Source: Burkholderiales bacterium
GTDB taxonomy: Bacteria; Pseudomonadota; Gammaproteobacteria; Burkholderiales; SG8-41
Direction: 5' to 3'
NCBI GenBank assembly: GCA_019744975.1
Contig: JAIETP010000002.1
Location: forward strand, 4,631-68,630
Length of the DNA: 64,000 nucleotides
Made by a program: the position numbers and the translations under genes
Part shown: one piece after another, positions 48,208-56,301 of the stretch
How the letters are laid out: each line of letters opens with the position of its first letter
How positions within the stretch are numbered: the first letter of the stretch is position 1
The notes under the pieces: model-generated
Told to the model about the DNA's origin: nothing
The model's input: only the letters and a program-made list of their open reading frames with translations
Databases searched by the model: none

Positions 48208-48957
48208 TCAGCCCAGTGCACGCAGGATCAGCGATATTCCGCTCAGTACCAGCAACGCGCCCATCACGCGGATCACCGTTTCCCGCGCCAGGTTCAGGTG
48301 CAGGTGGTGGCCGGCCCACACGCCCAGCGCCATCACCGGCAGCAGCGTGACCGCGGCGACCAGCGCGGCCGGCGAGTACAGTCCGGCGACAATGAACAGG
48401 GCAATCCGTGCCACGGTGGTGAACATGAATATCATCGGCATGGTGGCGCGGATCTGCGTGGGCGTAGCGTTGCGTCCGGCAAGAAAAAACACATAGATCG
48501 GACCGCCGATGCCGAATACCGCCGAAGTGGCGCCGCCAAAACAACCGATCGGCGCGCCGGACCAGTAAGGCAGCGGGAATCCCTTGCCGCTTTTGGCCAC
48601 GTAGGAGACACCGAAAATCACCACGAACACCCCGAGGCCACCGAGCAGCAGTTCCGGGCTGACGCGCACCAGCAGGTAAACCCCGCCGAGTATGCCGAGA
48701 GCCATGAAAGGCAGCAGCAGCAGGATTTCGCGGCGCATCACGTCACCACGCAGGCGGATGCCCATGCTGAAGGCGCCGGCACAATCGAGCAGCACGAAAA
48801 AAGGCACCACGAACTGCAGCGGAAACAGGTGCGCCAGCAAGGGCACCGCGATCAGCGTCGACCCGAAACCTGAAATGCCCATGACCACATAGGCCGCAAA
48901 AACAATCAGCGGCGCGAGGATCAGGATGTGGGGCTGCAGCAGGTCTGCAATCGGCAT
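48208..48957 (-). CDS. TauE/SafE (TSUP) family sulfite/anion exporter
   Basis: 249 aa with about 8 TM helices and the typical G-rich repeats (GISGFGSTL, GIGGPIYV). Confidence 0.8.
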   Translation of the reverse strand: MPIADLLQPHILILAPLIVFAAYVVMGISGFGSTLIAVPLLAHLFPLQFVVPFFVLLDCAGAFSMGIRLRGDVMRREILLLLPFMALGILGGVYLLVRVSPELLLGGLGVFVVIFGVSYVAKSGKGFPLPYWSGAPIGCFGGATSAVFGIGGPIYVFFLAGRNATPTQIRATMPMIFMFTTVARIALFIVAGLYSPAALVAAVTLLPVMALGVWAGHHLHLNLARETVIRVMGALLVLSGISLILRALG

Positions 48958-49004
48958 CGCCCGGAGTATAAACCGGTAGAATCAGATGGAGGATGGAGAG
49001 CAAA

Positions 49005-49065
49005 GGATTGAGGAGTGAGGATTGAGAAAACCTGCGAATCTCCCCCGCCACTCACTCCTCAATCC
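49005..49065. repeat. 15-bp perfect inverted repeat GGATTGAGGAGTGAG / CTCACTCCTCAATCC with a 31-nt loop; same seed as the element at 30392-30493
   Basis: Read directly from the sequence. Confidence 0.85.
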
Positions 49066-49075
49066 CGATAGATCA

Positions 49076-49717
49076 ATGACCCAATTAATTTTGATCCGCC
49101 ACGGCGAAACGCTGTGGAACACCCAACGCCGCATGCAGGGCCAGCTTGACAGTCCGTTGACCGAACGCGGCCTGTGGCAAGCCTGCCGTCTGGGGGAGCG
49201 ATTGCAGACCCAGCCGTTTGCCGCCTTGTATTCCAGCGATCTGCCGCGGGCGCGGCTGACTGCCGAGCGTATTGCCGATGCCACCGGGCACGCGATCATC
49301 GATGATGCGCGGCTGCGCGAACGCCATTTCGGGGTATTTGAAGGAATGACCCGGGCCGAGATGGAAAAACACGATGCGGAAATTTACGCGCGTTTCATGT
49401 CGCGCGATCCGCAATACGCAGTGCCCGGCGGTGAAAGCCCGGCGGGATTTTTTGCGCGCTGCCGCGCGGCACTGGAGGAACTCGCCGCGCGCCATGCCGG
49501 TCAGACCATCGCTGTTGTAACCCATGGACTGGTGCTCGACGCCGCTTACCGCGCAGCCAGTGGGCTCGCGCTTGAGGTGTTGCGCCCGGTGCCGTTGGTT
49601 AATGCCAGCCTCAACTGGTTTGCCTGTGATGGCGGTCGCTGGAGTGCGGGGCGCTGGGGTGACGCCGATCATCTGGGCGCCGACGGCGTAACCATTTTCG
49701 GAGACGGCAGCGTATAA
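49076..49717 (+). CDS. histidine phosphatase (phosphoglycerate-mutase-like) family protein
   Basis: LIRHGETLWN catalytic RHG motif. Confidence 0.85.
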   Translation: MTQLILIRHGETLWNTQRRMQGQLDSPLTERGLWQACRLGERLQTQPFAALYSSDLPRARLTAERIADATGHAIIDDARLRERHFGVFEGMTRAEMEKHDAEIYARFMSRDPQYAVPGGESPAGFFARCRAALEELAARHAGQTIAVVTHGLVLDAAYRAASGLALEVLRPVPLVNASLNWFACDGGRWSAGRWGDADHLGADGVTIFGDGSV

Positions 49718-49724
49718 AAAATAT

Positions 49725-49744
49725 CAATAAAAACAATTACTTAT
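49725..49744 (+). repeat. AT-box copy (CAATAAAAACAATTACTTAT)
   Basis: Identical 13-mer core, starting 8 nt after a stop codon. Confidence 0.7.
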
Positions 49745-49771
49745 GAATTATCTCGCCAACCATCACACGGC

Positions 49772-50410
49772 ATGTCTCCGGTAACGCCCGCCGAACCGGT
49801 GATCATCATCCACGGCTTGTGGATGCCCGGCCTGGTCATGGGCTGGCTGACGCGGCGCATTGCGCAGGACGGTTTTGCCGCGCGCAGTTATGCCTATCCC
49901 ACGATGCGGCTGACGCTCAGTGAAAACGCCGAACGTTTCGCGCGGTATTGCACCAGCCTCGCCGCACCCCGGGTGCATATCGTTGCGCACAGCATGGGCG
50001 GACTGGTGGCATTGAAAATGCTGCAGATGAATCGCCAGTTGCGCTGCGGCCGGCTGGTTCTGATCGGCACACCGTACACCGGCAGCTTTGCGGCGCAGCG
50101 CCTGGCGCGATGGCCGGGCGGTCATACCTTGCTCGGCCGCAGCATTGCCGAGTGGCTGCGTGAACCGCGGCCGGCGCCCGATGGCGTTGCCGAGATCGGC
50201 ATCATCGCCGGCACCCGCGGTTACGGCCTGGGCCGCCTGGTCGCGCCGGATTTGCCGCAGCCCAACGATGGCGTGGTGGCGCTTGCCGAAACCGCGATCC
50301 CGGGCGTGACCCGGCGTATTGAACTGAAGGTGGGGCATACCGGGATGCTGGTGTCGCGCGAAGTCGCCCGGCAATGCTGCGCTTTTCTGCACAATGGCCG
50401 GTTCATCTGA
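49772..50410 (+). CDS. alpha/beta hydrolase (lipase/esterase-like)
   Basis: IIHGLW...AHSMGG nucleophile elbow. Confidence 0.7.
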   Translation: MSPVTPAEPVIIIHGLWMPGLVMGWLTRRIAQDGFAARSYAYPTMRLTLSENAERFARYCTSLAAPRVHIVAHSMGGLVALKMLQMNRQLRCGRLVLIGTPYTGSFAAQRLARWPGGHTLLGRSIAEWLREPRPAPDGVAEIGIIAGTRGYGLGRLVAPDLPQPNDGVVALAETAIPGVTRRIELKVGHTGMLVSREVARQCCAFLHNGRFI

Positions 50411-51465
50411 TGCGTACCGCGATCCCACTGCTGCTGACGCTGTTGTTGACACAGCTGCTAACCGGGTGCGGCAATGTGTCCTACTACCTGCAGTCGGTCG
50501 GTGGCCAGCTCGAAATCTGGCAGCGCGAAGTGCCGGTGGAGCGCCTGCTCGGGGATCCCGACCTCCCGCCGACACTGAAAGCGCAACTCGAACGCGCGCT
50601 GCGCATCCGCGACTACGCCAGCCGTGAACTCGGCCTGCCCGATAATCGCAGTTATCGTTCCTATGCCGACCTTGCGCGGCCGTTTGTGGTGTGGAACGTG
50701 TTTGCCGCGGCGGAGTTTTCGACCGAACCGCGGCAATGGTGTTTTGCCGTCGCCGGCTGCGTCGGTTACCGCGGTTATTTTTCCGAAGCCGAAGCACGCC
50801 GCCATGCCGCGACACTGGCGGCGGCTGGTGACGATGTCTATGTCGGCGGTGTGCCGGCCTATTCCACCATCGGCTGGTTCGACGATCCGCTGCTCAATAC
50901 CTTCATCCATTACCCGGAACCGGAACTGGCGCGGCTGTTGTTCCACGAACTCGCGCACCAGCTGCTGTATGTGAAAGACGACACCGTGTTCAATGAATCC
51001 TTTGCCACCGTGGTCGAACAGGCCGGCGTTACCCGCTGGCTGGCCGCCCATGGTAGTGATGCCGACCGCGTGCGTTATGCGCAACTGCAAGGTTACCGCG
51101 CTGATTTCCGCGTGCTGGTGACGCAGACGCGCGCTGCACTGGCCGGTCTTTATGCCGGCAACGCCGCGCCCGAAGAGAAACGCCGGCGCAAGGCGGAATT
51201 GCTTTCGGTGCTGCAAACCCAGTACCGGCAGCGCAAGGGCGATTGGAGCGGATTTTCCGGATACGACCGCTGGTTTGCGCAACCACTGGGCAATGCCCAC
51301 CTCGCCTCGGTGGCGATTTATACCCAGCGGGTGCCGGCATTTGAGGCTTTGCTCCGGCAGCAGGGCGGCGACCTGCCGCGTTTTTACGCGGCAGTGCGTG
51401 AACTGGCTGCCTTGCCCGCGGCAGAGCGCAACAGGCGTCTGGATGCGCTGGCGCCGTTGTTATAA
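50410..51465 (+). CDS. predicted zinc aminopeptidase lipoprotein (DUF2265-like)
   Basis: Lipobox LLTGCG and an HELAHQ zinc motif. The ATG overlaps the upstream stop (ATGA). Confidence 0.65.
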   Translation: MRTAIPLLLTLLLTQLLTGCGNVSYYLQSVGGQLEIWQREVPVERLLGDPDLPPTLKAQLERALRIRDYASRELGLPDNRSYRSYADLARPFVVWNVFAAAEFSTEPRQWCFAVAGCVGYRGYFSEAEARRHAATLAAAGDDVYVGGVPAYSTIGWFDDPLLNTFIHYPEPELARLLFHELAHQLLYVKDDTVFNESFATVVEQAGVTRWLAAHGSDADRVRYAQLQGYRADFRVLVTQTRAALAGLYAGNAAPEEKRRRKAELLSVLQTQYRQRKGDWSGFSGYDRWFAQPLGNAHLASVAIYTQRVPAFEALLRQQGGDLPRFYAAVRELAALPAAERNRRLDALAPLL

Positions 51466-51496
51466 TCAAAACCTGTTTTTATGAAGGGAAATACGC

Positions 51497-52126
51497 ATGA
51501 AACTGACCAGCACCAGCTTCGGCGACGGCCAGCCGATCCCGGCCGAATTCGCCTTCTGTGCGCCCGACGCAAAAAACCATTGCACCCTGGGTGCCAACCG
51601 CAACCCGCAACTGGCCTGGAGTGATTTGCCGGTCGGCACAAAGTCCCTGGTGCTGATCTGTCACGATCCCGACGTGCCGTCGAAACCCGATGACGTCAAT
51701 CAGGAAGGCCGCGAGGTTCCGGCGTCCTTGCCGCGTATCGATTTTTTCCACTGGACACTGGTCGATCTGGACCCGAAATCGGGCGCCATCGGGGCGGGTG
51801 AGTTTTGCGCTGGTGTGACCACCCGCGGCAAGGCCGGCCCCACCGGCCCGCGCGGCACGCGCCAGGGCATCAATGATTACACGGCGTGGTTCGCCGGCGA
51901 CAATGACATGAAGGGCGATTATTTCGGCTACGACGGCCCGTGCCCGCCGTGGAACGACAGCATCAAGCACCATTACGTGTTCACGCTGTATGCGCTGGAC
52001 GTCGCGAAATGCCCGGTGCAGGGCAGGTTCGGCGGCGCCGATGTACGCAAGGCGATTACCGGGCATGTGCTGGCCGAGGCAAAACTGACGGGGCTGTATA
52101 CCTTGAACCCGAAAGTGAAACTTTGA
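51497..52126 (+). CDS. YbhB/YbcL (PEBP/Raf-kinase-inhibitor-like) family protein
   Basis: DPDVP...HWTLVDL...GYDGPCPP...HHYVFTLYALD signature. Confidence 0.85.
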   Translation: MKLTSTSFGDGQPIPAEFAFCAPDAKNHCTLGANRNPQLAWSDLPVGTKSLVLICHDPDVPSKPDDVNQEGREVPASLPRIDFFHWTLVDLDPKSGAIGAGEFCAGVTTRGKAGPTGPRGTRQGINDYTAWFAGDNDMKGDYFGYDGPCPPWNDSIKHHYVFTLYALDVAKCPVQGRFGGADVRKAITGHVLAEAKLTGLYTLNPKVKL

Positions 52127-52145
52127 TCGTGTTTCATGCGCTGCC

Positions 52146-52176
52146 GGGGCCGGTGACCGCCGGCCCTTTTTGTTTT
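52146..52176 (+). terminator. rho-independent terminator
   Basis: gggccgg/ccggccc stem followed by tttttgtttt. Confidence 0.7.
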
Positions 52177-52192
52177 AAAAGCAAAAGACTTG

Positions 52193-52333
52193 CCACAGAG
52201 TTCGCAGAGAACACAGAGAACTGCAAACCATGGTTTTCCTCTGTGAACTCTGTGACCTCTGTGGCTAAAGGTTTTTGACCTTGAACCCTCGCACTGCGAA
52301 CTCTGTGGCTAAGGTTTTTTTGTCTTGAAACCC
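52193..52333. repeat. CACAGAG/CTCTGTG short-repeat element with a duplicated 32-bp unit
   Basis: The left arm carries CACAGAG-type units. CTCTGTGNN occurs three times at 9-bp spacing (52239-52265). The direct repeats 52257-52288 and 52301-52333 are CTCTGTGGCTAA(A)GGTTTTT..CTTGAAA?CCC. Confidence 0.8.
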
Positions 52334-52348
52334 CGCACCCCCGAAGAC

Positions 52349-55300
52349 ATGGCACAACGCCTGCGCAATCTGCCGCAGCCGGCGTACCCCGACGACCTGC
52401 CGGTGGTGGCGATGCGCGCGGAGATCCGGCGCGCCATCGCTGAAAACCAGGTGGTCATCATCTGCGGTGAAACCGGTTCCGGCAAAACCACGCAGCTGCC
52501 CAAGATCTGCCTCGAGCTGCAGCGCGGTGTTGCCGGCCTGATCGGCCACACCCAGCCGCGGCGCATTGCCGCGCGTACGGTGGCGACACGCATCGCGCAG
52601 GAACTCAAGACGCCGCTGGGCCATGCCGTCGGTTACAAGGTGCGTTTTTCCGACAAGCTGTCGTCGAACAGTTACATCAAGTTGATGACGGACGGCATCC
52701 TGCTTGCCGAAACCCAGGGTGATCGCGACCTCCGGGCCTATGACACGCTGATCATTGACGAGGCGCATGAACGCAGCCTGAACATCGATTTCCTGCTCGG
52801 TTACCTGAAGCGACTGATGCCGCGGCGGCCGGACCTCAAAATCATCGTCACCTCGGCAACCATTGATGCCACCCGTTTTGCCGAACATTTTTCAACGAAG
52901 GGCAAACCGGCGCCGGTGATCGAAGTCTCCGGTCGCACTTATCCGGTGGAAGTGCGTTATCGCCCGCTGATCTCCCCTCTCCCATCGGGAGAGGGGGCGG
53001 GGGTGAGGGCCAGTGGCGAGGATATCGAAATGGAGGAGGCCATCGTAGATGCCGTTGCCGAACTGTGGCGTGAACGCGCGGGCGGCGATGTGCTGGTGTT
53101 CCTGCCCGGCGAGCGCGAAATCCGCGAAGCCGCCGAAGCGTTGCGCAAAAATCATCCCAGGGGTGCGGAAATCCTGCCGCTGTACGCGCGACTGTCGTTT
53201 GAAGAGCAGGATCGGGTGTTCAAATCCGGCGGTGCACGGCGCATCGTGCTCGCCACCAACGTTGCCGAGACTTCACTGACCGTTCCCGGCATCCATTACG
53301 TGGTCGACACCGGGCTCGCGCGCATCAACCGTTACAGCTACCGCAACAAGGTCGAGCAGCTGCAGATCGAAAAAATTGCCCGCGCCTCCGCCGATCAACG
53401 TGCCGGGCGCTGTGGCCGTGTCGCCGCCGGCGTCGCGATCCGGCTCTACGCAGAGGATGATTACGCAGCGCGTCCACAATACACCGATCCGGAAATCCTG
53501 CGCTCCTCACTGGCGCATGTGATCCTGCGCATGAAGGCGCTCAGGATCGGTGACGTCGAAGATTTCCCTTTCCTCGAAGCGCCAACTCCGCGGATGATTG
53601 CCGACGGCTACCAATTGCTGGCCGAACTCGGCGCTGTTGATGCGGACAAGGCGCTGACCCCGGTCGGCTGGCAGCTCGCCAAATTCCCGATCGACCCGCG
53701 CATCGCACGCATGATCATTGCCGCGAAGCAGGAGAATTGTCTCAACGAAGTGCTGATCATTGCCTCCGCCTTGTCGGTGCAGGATCCGCGTGAACGTCCC
53801 TTCGACAAGGCCGAGGCCGCCGACCGCGCGCATGCGCAGTTTGTCGACGACAAGTCGGATTTCATGGCTTTTCTCAAGCTGTGGCAGTTTTTCGGCGACG
53901 CCATCCAGCACAAAAAATCCAACAGCAAGCTGGCGCAGGAACTGGCCGCACAGTTTTTGTCGCAGCGCCGGCTGCGCGAATGGCGCGACATCCACAGCCA
54001 GCTCGCTTCGCTGGTCGCCGAGATCGGCATGCAGGTCAATGAAACAGCGGCCACGCCGGAGCAGATCCATCGTGCCTTGCTCGCCGGCCTGCTTGGCAAT
54101 ATCGGTTTCAAGAACGAAGAGGGGGAGTACCTCGGTGCGCGTGGCATCAAGTTCACCATTTTCCCTGGTTCGGGCCTGCGCAAAGCCCAGCCAAAATGGG
54201 TGATGGCCGGTGAACTGGTGGATACGGCACGACTCTATGCACGCAGCGTTGCTCGTATAGAACCGGAATGGATAGAACCGCTGGCGCGCGATCTGGTCGA
54301 CCGCCATTACTTTGATCCGCACTGGGAGCGTGAACGCGCGATGGTCACTGCCTACGAGCGTGTCACGCTGTACGGCATCACCATCGTGCCCAAACGCCGT
54401 GTGCATTACGGCGCGATCAATCCGCAGGAGTCGCGCGAGATCTTTATCCGTCAGGCCTTGGTCGCCGGGGACTACGCCACGCAGTCAAAATTTATTCAAC
54501 AAAATCAATTACTTATAAAAGAAGTGCAGGAGCTGGAGCACAAGGCGCGCAAACGCGACGTGCTGGTCAGTGATGAAGCGATATTCGCGTTTTATGACGC
54601 GCTGATTCCGCAGGACATCGTCAACGGCGCCGGTTTCGAAAAATGGCGCAAGGAAGCCGAGCAGAAAAACGCCGCGCACTTGCTTCTTACCCGCGACTAT
54701 CTGATGCGCCATGCCGCTGAGGACATCACTGAGGCGCAGTTTCCCGACAGCCTGCATGCGGGTGAGTTTGATGTGCCGCTGAAGTACCGCTTCGATCCCG
54801 GTCACGCGCTGGACGGCATCACCGCCACCGTGCCGCTGGCCTTGCTGAACAAACTGGATGCGGCTGCTTTTGACTGGCTGGTGCCGGGCATGATCCGCGA
54901 CAAGGTGGCGTTTGCGTTCAAGGCTTTGCCGAAAAACTGGCGACGCAACCTGACACCGCCTTCAGAGCATGTGACACGTTTCCTGCAGACTGAAGGAGCG
55001 ACCCAGGGTCTGCTCGGTGATGCGGTGGTGCGTTACGCCTCGCGAGCGGCAGGTGTGCCGCTTTCGCGCGAAGAGGCCGCCGGCATCGACTACCCGCCGC
55101 ACCTGCGCTGCAACTATCGCGTCATCGACGAATCGGGACGCGAACTGGCGCAGGGCCGGGACCTGGCCGCATTAAAAGCCCAGCTCGGCGAGGCGGCGCA
55201 ACTGACTTTCAGCACCACCACCACCGGCATCGAACGCAAGGACATCCGCAGCTGGGATTTTGGCGATCTGCCGCAGACCCTGACCTTCACCCGCGCCGGA

Positions 55301-56092
55301 CGCAAGGTCACCGGTTATCCCGCGCTGGCCGACGAGGGCGACAGCGTGGCGATCCAGCTGTTTGACGTGGAGCAGGCGGCGCAGGCTGCCATGCGCGCCG
55401 GCGTGGTGCGGCTGATGCGTTTTACGCTGAAAGAGCAGATGCGCCAGCTGGAAAAAAACCTGCGCGGTTTTGAACAGGCGGCGCTGCAGCTGCGCAGCGT
55501 TGCCAATGTCGATGAATTGCGCGCCGATCTGGTCTCGGCGATCTGTGACCGCGCCTTCATCAGTGATGACGAATTGCCACGCGGATTAAAAGCGTTTGAG
55601 GAGCAGGTGAAGCGTGCGCGCACGCGGCTGCCTGCGGTGAATGAAGCGGCCTGCCGCATGTTCACCACCATCGCCATGGAGCATCACCAGCTGTCGCTGG
55701 CGCTGGGTGCAGCCAAGGGCACGGTGCTGCGTGCGGCCAACGATGTTCGCGCCCAGTTGCAGCGCCTGGTCTACAAGGGGTTTTTTAATGCCACGCCGTG
55801 GCCGCAGCTGACCCATCTGCCGCGTTATCTGCAGGCGATGCGCATGCGCCTGGCCAAATTCCCGGCGAACGCCGAACGCGACGCCAAACATGCGGCGAGC
55901 ATTGCTCAGTTGTGGGGCCGTTACGAAATGCGCCTCGACCAGCAGCAGAAGGCGGGCATGGTCGATCCGCGCCTGCTTGAATTCCGCTGGCACATCGAGG
56001 AACTGCGTGTGTCGCTGTATGCGCAGGAACTGAAGACGCCGTATCCGGTGTCGTACAAACGGCTGGACAAGCTGTGGAGCCTGATGGGCTAA
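52349..56092 (+). CDS. hrpA: ATP-dependent RNA helicase HrpA (DEAH box)
   Basis: GETGSGKTTQLPK, DEAHERS, SATID and QRAGRCGR motifs. The ORF-track TTG at 52325 lies inside a repeat unit, so ATG 52349 is preferred. Confidence 0.9.
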   Translation: MAQRLRNLPQPAYPDDLPVVAMRAEIRRAIAENQVVIICGETGSGKTTQLPKICLELQRGVAGLIGHTQPRRIAARTVATRIAQELKTPLGHAVGYKVRFSDKLSSNSYIKLMTDGILLAETQGDRDLRAYDTLIIDEAHERSLNIDFLLGYLKRLMPRRPDLKIIVTSATIDATRFAEHFSTKGKPAPVIEVSGRTYPVEVRYRPLISPLPSGEGAGVRASGEDIEMEEAIVDAVAELWRERAGGDVLVFLPGEREIREAAEALRKNHPRGAEILPLYARLSFEEQDRVFKSGGARRIVLATNVAETSLTVPGIHYVVDTGLARINRYSYRNKVEQLQIEKIARASADQRAGRCGRVAAGVAIRLYAEDDYAARPQYTDPEILRSSLAHVILRMKALRIGDVEDFPFLEAPTPRMIADGYQLLAELGAVDADKALTPVGWQLAKFPIDPRIARMIIAAKQENCLNEVLIIASALSVQDPRERPFDKAEAADRAHAQFVDDKSDFMAFLKLWQFFGDAIQHKKSNSKLAQELAAQFLSQRRLREWRDIHSQLASLVAEIGMQVNETAATPEQIHRALLAGLLGNIGFKNEEGEYLGARGIKFTIFPGSGLRKAQPKWVMAGELVDTARLYARSVARIEPEWIEPLARDLVDRHYFDPHWERERAMVTAYERVTLYGITIVPKRRVHYGAINPQESREIFIRQALVAGDYATQSKFIQQNQLLIKEVQELEHKARKRDVLVSDEAIFAFYDALIPQDIVNGAGFEKWRKEAEQKNAAHLLLTRDYLMRHAAEDITEAQFPDSLHAGEFDVPLKYRFDPGHALDGITATVPLALLNKLDAAAFDWLVPGMIRDKVAFAFKALPKNWRRNLTPPSEHVTRFLQTEGATQGLLGDAVVRYASRAAGVPLSREEAAGIDYPPHLRCNYRVIDESGRELAQGRDLAALKAQLGEAAQLTFSTTTTGIERKDIRSWDFGDLPQTLTFTRAGRKVTGYPALADEGDSVAIQLFDVEQAAQAAMRAGVVRLMRFTLKEQMRQLEKNLRGFEQAALQLRSVANVDELRADLVSAICDRAFISDDELPRGLKAFEEQVKRARTRLPAVNEAACRMFTTIAMEHHQLSLALGAAKGTVLRAANDVRAQLQRLVYKGFFNATPWPQLTHLPRYLQAMRMRLAKFPANAERDAKHAASIAQLWGRYEMRLDQQQKAGMVDPRLLEFRWHIEELRVSLYAQELKTPYPVSYKRLDKLWSLMG
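52968..53012. repeat. palindromic REP-like unit inserted in frame in hrpA (CCCCTCTCCC-ATC-GGGAGAGGGG followed by GCGGGGGTGAGGGCC)
   Basis: Perfect 10-bp stem at 52974-52983 and 52987-52996. It encodes SPLPSGEGAGVRAS in a loop that is short in my recollection of E. coli HrpA. Confidence 0.7.
54497..54516 (+). repeat. AT-box copy inside the hrpA coding sequence (CAACAAAATCAATTACTTAT)
   Basis: Exact match to WATCAANNNNTTR, embedded in 13 consecutive A/T-ending codons. Confidence 0.6.
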
Positions 56093-56190
56093 CGAATTTT
56101 TTATTCGTCACCCCGGCGCAAGCCGGGGTCCAGAGCGGGTTCTGCAATGGCAACAGTGGTTGCCTGGATTCCGGCTTGCGCCGGAATGAC
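56091..56190. repeat. pair of inverted 27-bp REP-like units GTCAYYCCGGCGCAAGCCGGRRTCCAG plus small hairpins
   Basis: 8-bp hairpins at 56110-56129 and 56168-56187, with additional hairpins at 56091-56107 and 56148-56163. Confidence 0.8.
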
Positions 56191-56301
56191 GGTATGAATG
56201 GGATTTAGGATTCCATGCTGAGGACTCCGGTCATGCTGTTGGTAATCATTCGATTAAACTTCTGCATTCCGCATTAAGTCCGCACTGAAAGATTCCATAA
56301 G

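Noticed and set aside
52325-52348. TTG start for hrpA suggested by the ORF track
   Set aside because: The TTG lies inside the second copy of a duplicated 32-bp repeat unit. The first ATG at 52349 gives an N-terminus that still precedes all conserved helicase blocks.
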